Shown here: piece by piece, positions 13,213 through 22,713 of the stretch
Numbering within the stretch: the stretch's first letter is position 1
Layout of the letters: each line of letters opens with the position of its first letter
From: Diplonema japonicum
Lineage: Eukaryota; Protista; Euglenozoa: Diplonemea
Length of the DNA: 64,000 bases
Assembly (NCBI GenBank): GCA_964019335.1
Contig: OZ025651.1
Location: forward strand, 916,514-980,513
Direction of reading: 5' to 3'
The notes under the pieces: generated by a model
What the model was told of the DNA's origin: nothing
What the model saw: only the letters and a program-made list of their open reading frames with translations
The model's database searches: none
Position numbers and translations under genes: made by a program

Positions 13213-13519
13213 TTACCTCGAGGTTCCGCATTTTACCATCGAGGGCCCGGGCATGACTTCCTCCCTCAACTTTTTCATGTACTCCTCTACATGAAGGACA
13301 GTTGGAGCCTTCACCCCTTCTTGACTTCTCCACCATCTCGGACCAAGCCTTCTCGTACCTCGCACGGCTCTTCACAGGCAGTCTTTCCTGCCAGTCGCCC
13401 TTCTCTTTCTGCTGCTTTGGAATTTGAAACCTAAAGGTGGAAAAGTTAGGTTTACTGGGGATTGAACCTAGGCATATTACTTACCGGAAAGCACCACTAC
13501 TTCACGGAAAACAGGCCAT
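13213..13519 (-). pseudogene. Degenerate N-terminal fragment of a tyrosine recombinase (Crypton-like) with one intron
   Basis: Minus strand ATG..MACFP*SSGAFR, intron 13484-13431 (GTAAGT..CCTAAC..TTTAG), FQIPK..RLPVKSRARYEKAW, frameshift, VKAPTVLHVEEYMKKLREE..PSMV. Resembles the integrase SAM-like N-domain (LPxKSxxxYxxxW/Y). Confidence 0.45.
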
Positions 13520-13710
13520 AATTTCACCGTGAACCTATGAGATTTAGCATGAAGTAATGGGCCCCCGAGTGAGTGAAGTAATTTCAGAAGAGTGAAATAA
13601 AAAAAAAAGAGAAGGCTTTACAGTCTTCCCAAAGAAAAGACACACCTTGCTGTGATGTTCTTCTTTTACTATTTCCAGTCCCAAAAAAAAAAAAAAAAAA
13701 AAAGGAAGGG

Positions 13711-14791
13711 ATGTCTGAAGAATGGCATCCCAACGGGGGCAGCCCGTCTCAAGAAGCAGGCAGAGTGGTGCTGCGCATGTCGGCAGGGAACAACGTACGG
13801 GATGTGACATGGAACATGCGCATTGACACCTTCTTCAGCTCCGGGTTGGCGGTTTTGGAGCAGCTTATCGCGCTCCGTGGCAGGCTGCGTGCCCTGTCGG
13901 GGATGAGGGGCACCCTCAACGACCTCCTTCTCGAACACGTGATGCAAGTAAGCTTCCAGGAGGTGAAGGACCAAGGCTCCCCGCCCATAACCGAAGAAGA
14001 CTGGAAGAACCTCAAAGAGATATCAATCAGCAAGTACCACATGCAGGACGAATCGAACGCGTCATGCTGCATCTGCAAGGACGAGTTTGCGTTGAATCAA
14101 AAAGCAGTCCAACTACCATGCGGACATGTGTATTGTAAAGATTGTATCAAAGAATGGCTTGACAGCCACAGGACATGCCCTATGTGCCGTGAGGAGGTCG
14201 TGGGGGTGGGGCCTCAGAAGTGGCGGTTGGACGAATGCGGCTTCGAACAACTGAGAGGCCAGGAGTGCTTTCTTAGCACCGCAGGACCTGGATCTCTCAT
14301 CATATTGAGCAAGTGTTCCCATTCCTTTCACAGGGCTTGCTTGAGACGGCACCTTCGGCTCAGAATGCGGGACAACAGCGAGACGTTCAAGTTGGACTGC
14401 CCTCTCTGCCACACCCCGAACACATTGGCACGCGCAGATTTGTGCTCAGGGGGTGTTCTTGTCCCGTTGCCCACTCCTGCTACACCGTGTACTATTAAGT
14501 CTTCTGTTGGGCTGAAGAAATCGCACCGTCCGTTGCCGCCTTCGCCGACGCCTGGAGGGAGTTTGGGGGGGACGCTGTCAGACGGTTTGAAGGAACCCAG
14601 AAAGGAGTTGAAAAGAAGGGACAGGGACGCTGTCACAACCACAGGCACCGCAGCAGCCCAGGGGCTTGCAGGGCCTTATGCGGCAAGGTTTGGGGGAAGG
14701 AAAAAAAAAAAGAAAAAAAAAAAACAGTAGCCGGTCGCACGGTCGGCGAAGCAGCGCTTCGAGTAGTACAGCCCGAGGTCCCCAGACATGA
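13711..14791 (+). CDS. Double RING-finger protein (putative E3 ubiquitin ligase)
   Basis: RING1 CCIC..CGHVYC..C..CPMCR; second RING-like C..C..CSHSFH..C..CPLC. Probable intron 14688-14727 extends the frame to TGA 14791 (unspliced stop 14730). Confidence 0.85.
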
Positions 14792-15251
14792 TTCCTCTTT
14801 CCATTATGCCTTTTTCACCTTTTTTTTGATGTGGGCTGGGGGAGTAAAAAATCTTCCTTTTTGCATGGAATGGGGGTTTTTTTTTTTTTTTTAATTTCTT
14901 TTTTTTTATCCCTCCCTATTTCCCCCTCATTTGTTTTCTTTTGCACCCTTTATCAGGGATGTAGGGAGCTTCTGAGGATCTTGGGGAACAAAAAAGTTTT
15001 TTTTTTTTTACTCCGCATATTTCCCCTCCCCTTTATTTATCACGCATTAGTATTCCTTGAAGAATATACTTTTGAAATATTTTAAAGAATGATTGGGGGG
15101 GGGGGGGGGGGGGTTACGAGAACAAAAGAAAGGGAAAAAAACTTTTTTTTTCCTTACCTCTTTATTCTAGATATGCAAATTGTAAAATAAAAGGAAAGCG
15201 TTTTTTTTCTTGTTTTTTTAACGTTCATTTTTTATTAAATGTGCCTTTTGG

Positions 15252-15288
<37 letters not shown>

Positions 15289-16007
15289 CCCTTTGAAATC
15301 AGCTTTCCAAACAACACTTGATATGTTTCAAGATTACACGCTCTATGTTCCAGTGAAGAGAACAAAAAAAAAAGTGCAGTTTTCTTTCTTTTTTTTTCTT
15401 CTTTTGGACATCAAACCCGCCTCCCCGGATATTTTGCCTACATTATTTTCTCACACTCTCTTCTCGTTTTTCCTCTTCTCGTTCCCTTAAAAAAAAAAAA
15501 AAAAAAAAAAAAACATGACACTACACCCGCCGTATTTTAGGTTATTATAAGTTCTCAGTAAGAAAGGCCTTGTGATGTGATTTTTGGGAGAAGTAAGGTC
15601 TTGAGGAAACTCTTTTTTTTTGCTCATTAATTTCTTGAAAATACGGCCCCCTTTTTTTAATATTGCCACTGCAAGAAAAACAACTGATAAGGTCCCCCCC
15701 TCTCCCCCCAACTTTATCAGTGAGTTTTTTTCTTTCTTTCTGCAGTAACTTTCTCTTTTATGATCTCCCCCCCCCCCCCCCCCCCCTACGTTGTTCGTTG
15801 TGAATAACGTGACTGACCTGTGGTGTGTTTTTCATTATATTTTATTCTTAAAAAAAAAAACCAAACAAAACAAAACAAAAAAAAAGGCATCTATTTTCTT
15901 TTATGTTATGTGCATGCCATGGTGTTTGGTTATCCTTCACATTTCCCCCCCCTTTTTTTTCTTTCCTCCAAAAAAGATCTTTTTTGAAGGGGGGGGGGGG
16001 GGGGGGG

Positions 16008-17432
16008 ATGTCCGACCCCACCGAAGAGGTTGTGAAGATCCAATCCGTGTGGCGGGGCCACCACCAACGTAGACGGGACATCGTGTCCAAAGGACGTGAA
16101 GAAAGGCAAAAACACGCAGCACACGAAGACGACCTGTACAGCACCCTGTTCAATGACGAGAATGTTGAAACTGAAGAAGACGACCTACGAGACAGCATTC
16201 TCTACATGGAAAACCAAGACTCCCTCACCATATCAAACACACTCACAACCCTCCGCGCCGAATGCTCGGAGGAATCGACAAGAAAACTCATAGAAACCGG
16301 AAACCTCACGCACCACATGGAACTTTCACAAGAACACATCAGAACCATTCTATCCATCGAACAGACCACCATGTTCCAATCAATCCACCTCATGGAAGCC
16401 AACGGGAGAATCGTTTTACTCTCCGCCATGCCGACCATCATAAAAAGTAGAGAAGCAAGCAAACGCGGGGTATTAACAATCGAAGAGGACCTCTCCTTTG
16501 AGACAATCCGTAGGAAGGAGTCACGATCCCAGTCCATGATAAAACCCACTATGCATCTCTCTGCCGTCCTGTACGGGGTGAACAACACACGCATTCACGA
16601 GGAACAACACACCGACAGGTTCCGGGTCAAATCAAACGAAACCGCAACAAGGGAGCTGCTGTACCTGCAATGGTGCGACACTGCCGCGGCTGTTCTAGGA
16701 AGCTCCCTCCAACAGACTTCACATCGAGAGCGCTCTCTGCGAACAGGGATCGAGCAAACCGAACAAGATGAGTCCCATCACATCCAAGCCCTCATTGCAC
16801 TGTACTCCACTGCAGCATACCATGGTGTTCGTGATACCAGCTTGCTGTTGGCTTATTATTATAACGATGAAACATGTTCCAGACAGGGCATCCTTGAACG
16901 TGAGGAACTTGAGCGTTCCGAGATTTCCGATCTCCAACACCGTAGATCCACTCATATCTACCTTTGGCGGGTTGAAAAAGCTGAAGAGGATGAGAGGGAA
17001 AACATCCCGTTACAAGCTGTAAAGGAATGTGAGGCGATTTACGTTTTATACAAAAAGGAAGGGAGCGATATGAAGCAGAGGCGGCTTGCGGTGGAACACG
17101 CCAAAGCCGAGCAAACTCGAATAGAGGAGTTTGTCTTAGCCAACTGGGATCGTTTCTCTACACTTTTTTTATCCGAGGCACGGCAGAGGGCCAGCCTGTG
17201 CAACTCCGAAGCTACTTCAAACGCTGCTTTGCTGCAGTTTATCCGTTTGCAGCAGTCTCTTGGGGGTGTCGTACCTTTGAAATCTTCCACGCTGCGACCG
17301 ATTCGGGGCTCTAAGGCAGAGAACCGAAAGAAACCTGCAACACCACCCAGCTACCAGCTGAAGCAGGTCACTCCTGCCGGATGCGGGGCGTCTGTTGCAA
17401 AGGTGAAGAGCTATTATAAAACCCATGTTTGA
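16008..17432 (+). CDS. IQ-motif, E-E-x-x-R coiled-coil protein
   Basis: ATG 16008 after a G-run; IQ motif KIQSVWRGHHQRR. The 3' end is uncertain: a possible intron 17403-17470 would extend it to 17908. Confidence 0.75.
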   Translation: MSDPTEEVVKIQSVWRGHHQRRRDIVSKGREERQKHAAHEDDLYSTLFNDENVETEEDDLRDSILYMENQDSLTISNTLTTLRAECSEESTRKLIETGNLTHHMELSQEHIRTILSIEQTTMFQSIHLMEANGRIVLLSAMPTIIKSREASKRGVLTIEEDLSFETIRRKESRSQSMIKPTMHLSAVLYGVNNTRIHEEQHTDRFRVKSNETATRELLYLQWCDTAAAVLGSSLQQTSHRERSLRTGIEQTEQDESHHIQALIALYSTAAYHGVRDTSLLLAYYYNDETCSRQGILEREELERSEISDLQHRRSTHIYLWRVEKAEEDERENIPLQAVKECEAIYVLYKKEGSDMKQRRLAVEHAKAEQTRIEEFVLANWDRFSTLFLSEARQRASLCNSEATSNAALLQFIRLQQSLGGVVPLKSSTLRPIRGSKAENRKKPATPPSYQLKQVTPAGCGASVAKVKSYYKTHV

Positions 17433-17659
17433 TCTCTTTATATTGATCATTTACACACCATTTCTTTCAGGGGACGCCGGGGAGGGCAGTACGTCGGAAG
17501 AGGCAGGACACCAGCTCAAAGGAAAAGGAAGTGTGTGCCACCAACGACGACGAGAACGGTAGGTGCAGCTACTACATGGCAAGCGCGACTGAAAAGCTGA
17601 AGCTCAAGACGCGGGTATTGCAACAACAGCTCGATGGAGAGGACACAACAGACAGGAGC

Positions 17660-18010
17660 AAGGCGAAGGGAAGTACTCAGAAGGAAAAGCAAGAAAGCGC
17701 GGCAGGCACCGACGGGTGGAGGATGCTGGAGCTACGGAAACCAGAGTCAGTACTAGCGCCTGGGCGGTGCTCTTCCACGCAATCGAAGCAACGGGGGGTG
17801 GCCAGAGGCCGTGAAAACGGCACTGGTTACCTCGTACCGAAGTGCGACGATGCAGGACTCCTGGAGCACAGGCCTATCACAGTCACATCTGCGGTGTACA
17901 GACTCTGAGCGTGCGATTGTCTGATATCTTCATCTGGCAAGAGATTTTGCGAAATGCTTTGACAGTGTTCCGCAGCTGGTGCTGAAGCTGGCGGAAGACA
18001 TTGGACAAGA
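17660..18010 (+). mobile_element. Degenerate non-LTR retrotransposon (LINE) reverse transcriptase, domains 0-3
   Basis: Across frameshifts: SAAGTDGWRMLEL, AVLFHAIEATG, WPEAVKTALVT, LVPK, HRPITVTSAVYRL*, DFAKCFDSVP, in the canonical order. Confidence 0.8.
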
Positions 18011-18312
18011 GAAAGAAGGGAAAAGCGGCCAGGCTGGGGAGAAGGCCGGCAAGACCACAAGGAGGAGCAACCGCTGCTGAAAGGGGATAGGTGCAGGTAG
18101 GAGATGAGAACAAAGGGGCGTCTCAAAGGCTTCCTTTAACACAAACATTTTTTTTTTTTAAATTTTTTTTGATGTTTATAGAAAGAAGAGAAAAGAAAAA
18201 AAAACAGTGAAAAAGTTTTGTTAATATTCTTCTCTTTTTTTGTCGCATGTTGCCTTGGGACCAAAACCCCTTTTTTTTTTGAAGGAAACAAGAAAAAAAA
18301 AGAAATATCAAA

Positions 18313-19821
18313 ATGGAGTTCCGGCACCACCGGGAGATCCACTCGATTCTGAAGGACTTCAACCCGATGACGAAGATATGCAAGAAGGACAGCTGGTCAC
18401 TTCACACTTGCGGAAGAAAGGTTTTGGCAAGCCCACGGCTGATAAAACTGAGGAAGGATTTCAGATCAGTTCAGGTCCCACAGAACAAGCTGGTATGCGG
18501 TGTTGGGTCGAGGCTACAGGAGGCAAGACAAGGGAAAAGAGGAAACACCGACAAAGCAAAGCACAGGGACGAACTAAAGACGCTTCTGCCGCCCGTCGCA
18601 CATATCAAGGCTGCGAAACAAACACTGAAGAACAAATTGCACAAACTGATAACAGACTCAGAACACCGAAAGCAAAGCTGCAGCAACGGAGGCACCAGCA
18701 GTTACCAGGTGGACAAGGACAAGACACAAGCGACATTAGGAAAGGTGATATCCTACAGCGAGCCGCAAACCTTCCTCACAGAAGCGAAGGACGAACTGTT
18801 GAAACCAGAGCCTTCCACGCAGAACCCCATCCAACACCTGACCCCGCACGACATAATGGATTATCACGGCTTCACCGCAACACCAGGGCCCTTCGACATC
18901 AAAACAAAGGATCTTTTCGAGTCCCCTTCTGAAAAACCCATTCTAAAGTATGACCGACAGCTTCAGGACTTCTGGATACCAAACCTCGAGGGAACCAGCT
19001 TCACGGAGTTCAAACGCTTGACGACCGGACACACACAGGAATACTACGAGAAGAGTAGCGACGAGTTGAACCGGTACGAGAAGGAGTCCAAACAGCTTTT
19101 CGGAGAGAAGTACAGCGCACTGGTCATCGACAAGCTGATATCTATGAAGTCTGCCAAGCATGCTGTCACTTCGATGGAGACAGAAATTCGTAGGCAGCAC
19201 AACAGGGCGTTGGTCAGCAAGCGGTATGATTCGCAAAGGCTTTGGGTGGCTGATTTCAAGGAGCTTATCGGAAGGCGGTACCCCATGGCCTACCCGATCA
19301 GGGTCATCTGTAACTTCCTGAACGAGCACATGGGTGTGGCTTCATCGTCTGACAACAGTGTTCTTGGTGTTCGACAGTTTGAAGCACTTGTTGGGAAGCT
19401 CGACAGGTCGCATTTGCTGCTGAATGAGGTGGTGTCCATCCTCCACGCGATGCGGCCCGCTTTCAAAGTATCCGCAGAGCAGTTTGTTGATATTCTTCGG
19501 GAGAGGCTGAGGCCATTATTCGGGAAACGGATGGACACTGCGTCCTTCGACAAGGATCTTCGTGCACGACAAGCGGCAAAACGGCGGTCGGTCGCCTGTC
19601 TGGAAGTTGCCGAGAAGTCCCAACGGGACCTGAAGCATTTCCTCCAGCGGATCAGGGACACCAAGATGGACGACAGACGGTGCTCGGAGGTGAAGACGCG
19701 GGACAAGAAACGCTTGACACCGCTGGCAACGCCGTCCCGACAAGCGAATCCTGCTGTGAACATGTTCAGCACGGTTGTGACGGTGCTTGCCAAATCGCAA
19801 GAATTGCAAGTCGACGATTAG
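18313..19821 (+). CDS. Hypothetical protein (502 aa)
   Basis: Long ORF with ATG after an A-rich leader; no family recognised. Confidence 0.75.
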   Translation: MEFRHHREIHSILKDFNPMTKICKKDSWSLHTCGRKVLASPRLIKLRKDFRSVQVPQNKLVCGVGSRLQEARQGKRGNTDKAKHRDELKTLLPPVAHIKAAKQTLKNKLHKLITDSEHRKQSCSNGGTSSYQVDKDKTQATLGKVISYSEPQTFLTEAKDELLKPEPSTQNPIQHLTPHDIMDYHGFTATPGPFDIKTKDLFESPSEKPILKYDRQLQDFWIPNLEGTSFTEFKRLTTGHTQEYYEKSSDELNRYEKESKQLFGEKYSALVIDKLISMKSAKHAVTSMETEIRRQHNRALVSKRYDSQRLWVADFKELIGRRYPMAYPIRVICNFLNEHMGVASSSDNSVLGVRQFEALVGKLDRSHLLLNEVVSILHAMRPAFKVSAEQFVDILRERLRPLFGKRMDTASFDKDLRARQAAKRRSVACLEVAEKSQRDLKHFLQRIRDTKMDDRRCSEVKTRDKKRLTPLATPSRQANPAVNMFSTVVTVLAKSQELQVDD

Positions 19822-19941
19822 GGAAGGAGAAAAAAAATCTTTACAGATTTTCACCCCCTATTTTTTTTTCTCGTTTTTTTTTTTTTTTTTTTCTCACGAA
19901 AGAAAAAAAAAAAAAAAAAAAAGCCGGAAGGGGAAAAAAAA

Positions 19942-20634
19942 ATGAGCCTTCTCAACTCATGGAACCCTTTGACACTGACGGCAGCTACGGCAGCAGGTGT
20001 GATGGCGCTGCGAACGATACAAACACAGTTGGAAGTGAGCCGGGATGCGGAGGGCGTCCAGAGCTACGCTTGTGAAGTGCTGGCGGTGGGCACGATGAAC
20101 GGCTGCAAGCTCGCTGCGATTGACGAGGCGCTGGGAGAGTACCCGTTCCTCATAGGAAGCGTGAAGGGGGTGGCGGTCGACACCGGTGTCAATGAACAAC
20201 CCCTGAGCATCAAAGAAACAATCAAAGGCGCCAAAAACCGCGCAGAAGCCGCCTTAAGAAAAGTCACCGAAGCCAAGCTCTCGATGGGTATAGAAAGCGG
20301 GATCTTCACCGAAGACAGCAAATTCTACGACGTGTGTGTCTGCACCCTGTACGACGGCACCAACCATGCTATAGGCTTCAGCAGCAGCTTCCAAATCCCA
20401 CCCAGTGTTGCGAAGTACATTGAAGACGGTAAGGATCTCGCGCAAGCTGTGAACCTTGCAGGGCTTACAAGCAATAGCAAGATCGGGGAGGCGGAGGGGT
20501 GCATTGGCATCGTGAGCAGGGGCAGGATGACGAGAAAGGAGTATACCACACAAGCCGTCCTCACATCGCTGATGGCGTATGACCCACAGTGGTATCCATC
20601 GAAATACCCAGCGTCGGCTTTCAGGGAAAAATAG
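19942..20634 (+). CDS. yjjX: Non-canonical purine NTP phosphatase (YjjX/DUF84 inosine-xanthosine triphosphatase family)
   Basis: VGTMNGCK, GVNEQP..ETIKGAKNRA, GIESGI, GCIGIVSRG..R..Y match the family pattern. Confidence 0.85.
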   Translation: MSLLNSWNPLTLTAATAAGVMALRTIQTQLEVSRDAEGVQSYACEVLAVGTMNGCKLAAIDEALGEYPFLIGSVKGVAVDTGVNEQPLSIKETIKGAKNRAEAALRKVTEAKLSMGIESGIFTEDSKFYDVCVCTLYDGTNHAIGFSSSFQIPPSVAKYIEDGKDLAQAVNLAGLTSNSKIGEAEGCIGIVSRGRMTRKEYTTQAVLTSLMAYDPQWYPSKYPASAFREK

Positions 20635-20874
20635 AAATAGGGATTCCTTTGGTATAATGACAACTCTTTGAAAGTTCACCTCGAGGGGCCCCTGAGTGCG
20701 TGAAGCTAGTTCAGAGTGAATAAGAATAAAAATAAAATAAAAATAAAAATAAAAAGAAGAGAAAAAAAACAAACGACTACAACACCCCCGTTCTCCCCCC
20801 CTGCCCCTTTCCGCCTCATTCACATTGCATTTGGAACAAAAGTTAAGCGTTTTGTAATGGTTACTTACAAGGAC

Positions 20875-20910
<36 letters not shown>

Positions 20911-20915
20911 GCTAA

Positions 20916-21417
20916 CACTGTAAAACTAGAAGTTTTCTTCAGCTTGTCTCTGCAGCCTGCTGTGGTTGCGTTCGTGCGCTTGTATTCGCTGTCAGTTATG
21001 TTTCGTGGGCATCCCAGCCTCGCGTCGTCCGTGTGGTGGGCGATTCCACACCCAGACTCGTATCGATTGACTACCTGGTCGGGGTGTTCCCCAGTCCTGC
21101 TGCGGTGGCCACCGTTCCCACCCCCTTGCCCCCCCTGGGATTGCGGTGGTGCGGCGCACTTTGGCGCGAGCTTTCACCTCTGCTTGCTGCTTCTGGTGTT
21201 GCACTTATCTCCTCGTGGAGCCCGCGTGGGAACTTACAACCCCCCACCACTCGCAATATCGTCTATTTGCCTCCTCTTCTCCCATGGACAAAGTCGGCTG
21301 AGATGTCCACGGCTTGCCCCGCCGCCCTCCTCCATCTCGCCGGGTCCACCTCATGCGGGCCTCCTCCTATAGAAGAAGAGGGGGGTTGTGGGAATAAAAA
21401 AGACAACTCTTACAGTA
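20916..21417. mobile_element. Non-autonomous DNA transposon with the same termini as 33433-34038, carrying an AlkB-like fragment
   Basis: Left end CACTGTAAAAC is identical to the 33433 element; right end TTACAGTA is also shared; GC-rich interior inside an AT-rich spacer. Confidence 0.6.
20960..21370 (-). pseudogene. AlkB-family 2OG-Fe(II) dioxygenase fragment
   Basis: Minus-strand 21089-21024 reads EHPDQVVNRYESGCGIAHHTDD, matching PDQxxVNxYxPGxGIxxHxD; frameshifted upstream; C-terminal half absent. Confidence 0.7.
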
Positions 21418-21431
21418 ATAATAATAAGAAC

Positions 21432-22511
21432 ATGGAAGCTGAGACAGCGAAAGCAGAGCCGAAGGACACTTCCAGAGAGGAGGAGGAGAGGCAGCATGTA
21501 CTGTCGTGCCAGCAGTGCAAGCTTCCCATCGTGCTGCCCGAGGATGTGATCACCGAAAGGGCCGAGGTGCTGCTCTCCAACGTCTACAACTACGAGCTGC
21601 AACTATGCATCACCCCTGATAAGGACATCGCATGCTACAGCAGCACTAACCCACACGGGAACAGATTCGACGTCATCAGGGTACTGAGGGGAAAAGAAGA
21701 AAAAAAAAAGAAGAAAAAAATCTCATACAGACGCGACCCAATGAATATATCAAACTAACAGGCACACCCTCACCCGAGTGCTGTTGGTTCACCGGGACAG
21801 CATATGTGATGGCGCATTGTGTACATTGTTCCCACATGCTTGGGTGGGGTTACGTTCCTTTGGAGAAGCTGAAGGAGATCGAGGAAAGGGAGACGTGGGG
21901 CAACAGAAAACAACCGAGGCAAAAAGAAACAGAAAGAGAGGACAAAAAAGAAGAGGGGGAAGAGGAAGAGGAAGAGGAAGAAGATATGGACGAGGAGTCC
22001 GAAGAGAACGGAAAAACAAAGCTTGAGGACGTGGCCTTTTTTGGGTATTTCTTTTTTAAGATTTTGTACAAAAAAAAAAAGAAAATATTACAACACAGAC
22101 TGATAGTAACAAAGCTTACCCCGCAATATCTAACTATAAGCGCCATAGAAGAAAGCAGAGAACAAGCATTCGAGAAAGTAAGTAAAAAAGAAATCTTTTT
22201 TAAACGAAGAATTACCCACACAGCTAACCTTTAACCCGACGCTTGTTTTCTCCGATGTCGTCCGTCTGATGAGGGAGCTCAGTAACGCAACACGGCGATC
22301 CGCGCCGCGTCCCGAGACGTCCACGGCTGTCCCCGCATCCACAGCACTGCAAGGAGAAGCGGATGCCCTGCTATCTGCTGAGGTTACCAACATAGAAGGT
22401 TTAGATATCACGCAAGATATGGAGCTGGAGATGGAAATTGAAGTAGACATCCCTATCCCCGACGATGGGAGCCTGGAAATGGACATAGACTTACATGTTG
22501 AGGATGAGTAG
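21432..22511 (+). CDS. Cereblon thalidomide-binding (CULT/Yippee-like) domain protein; 3 introns
   Basis: CQQC, TNPHGNRF, WFTGTAYV, CVHC..LGWGY, FFGLIV. Introns 21681-21730, 22045-22098 and 22178-22223 restore the domain. Confidence 0.85.
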
Positions 22512-22713
22512 AATTTCTTTCTCTTTTTTTTTCTTTTTTCATTCTTTTAATAAAAAAATGCAAGAAAAATCACTCAAGTGGGGGGGGGGGGGGGGGGGGA
22601 GGAGGGGATATTACGGTGTTGGATAAGTTTTGCTTTTTTTTTTCTTTTTTCTTTTTTTTTCCCGGAAAAATAAAATAAAATAGGATTCACTTGTTTTCTT
22701 ACAAAAAAAAAAA

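Noticed and set aside
17820-17880. PKCDDAGLLEH as a LINE C-terminal zinc knuckle
   Set aside because: Flanking motifs show it is the IPK..RPI region of RT domains 1-2.
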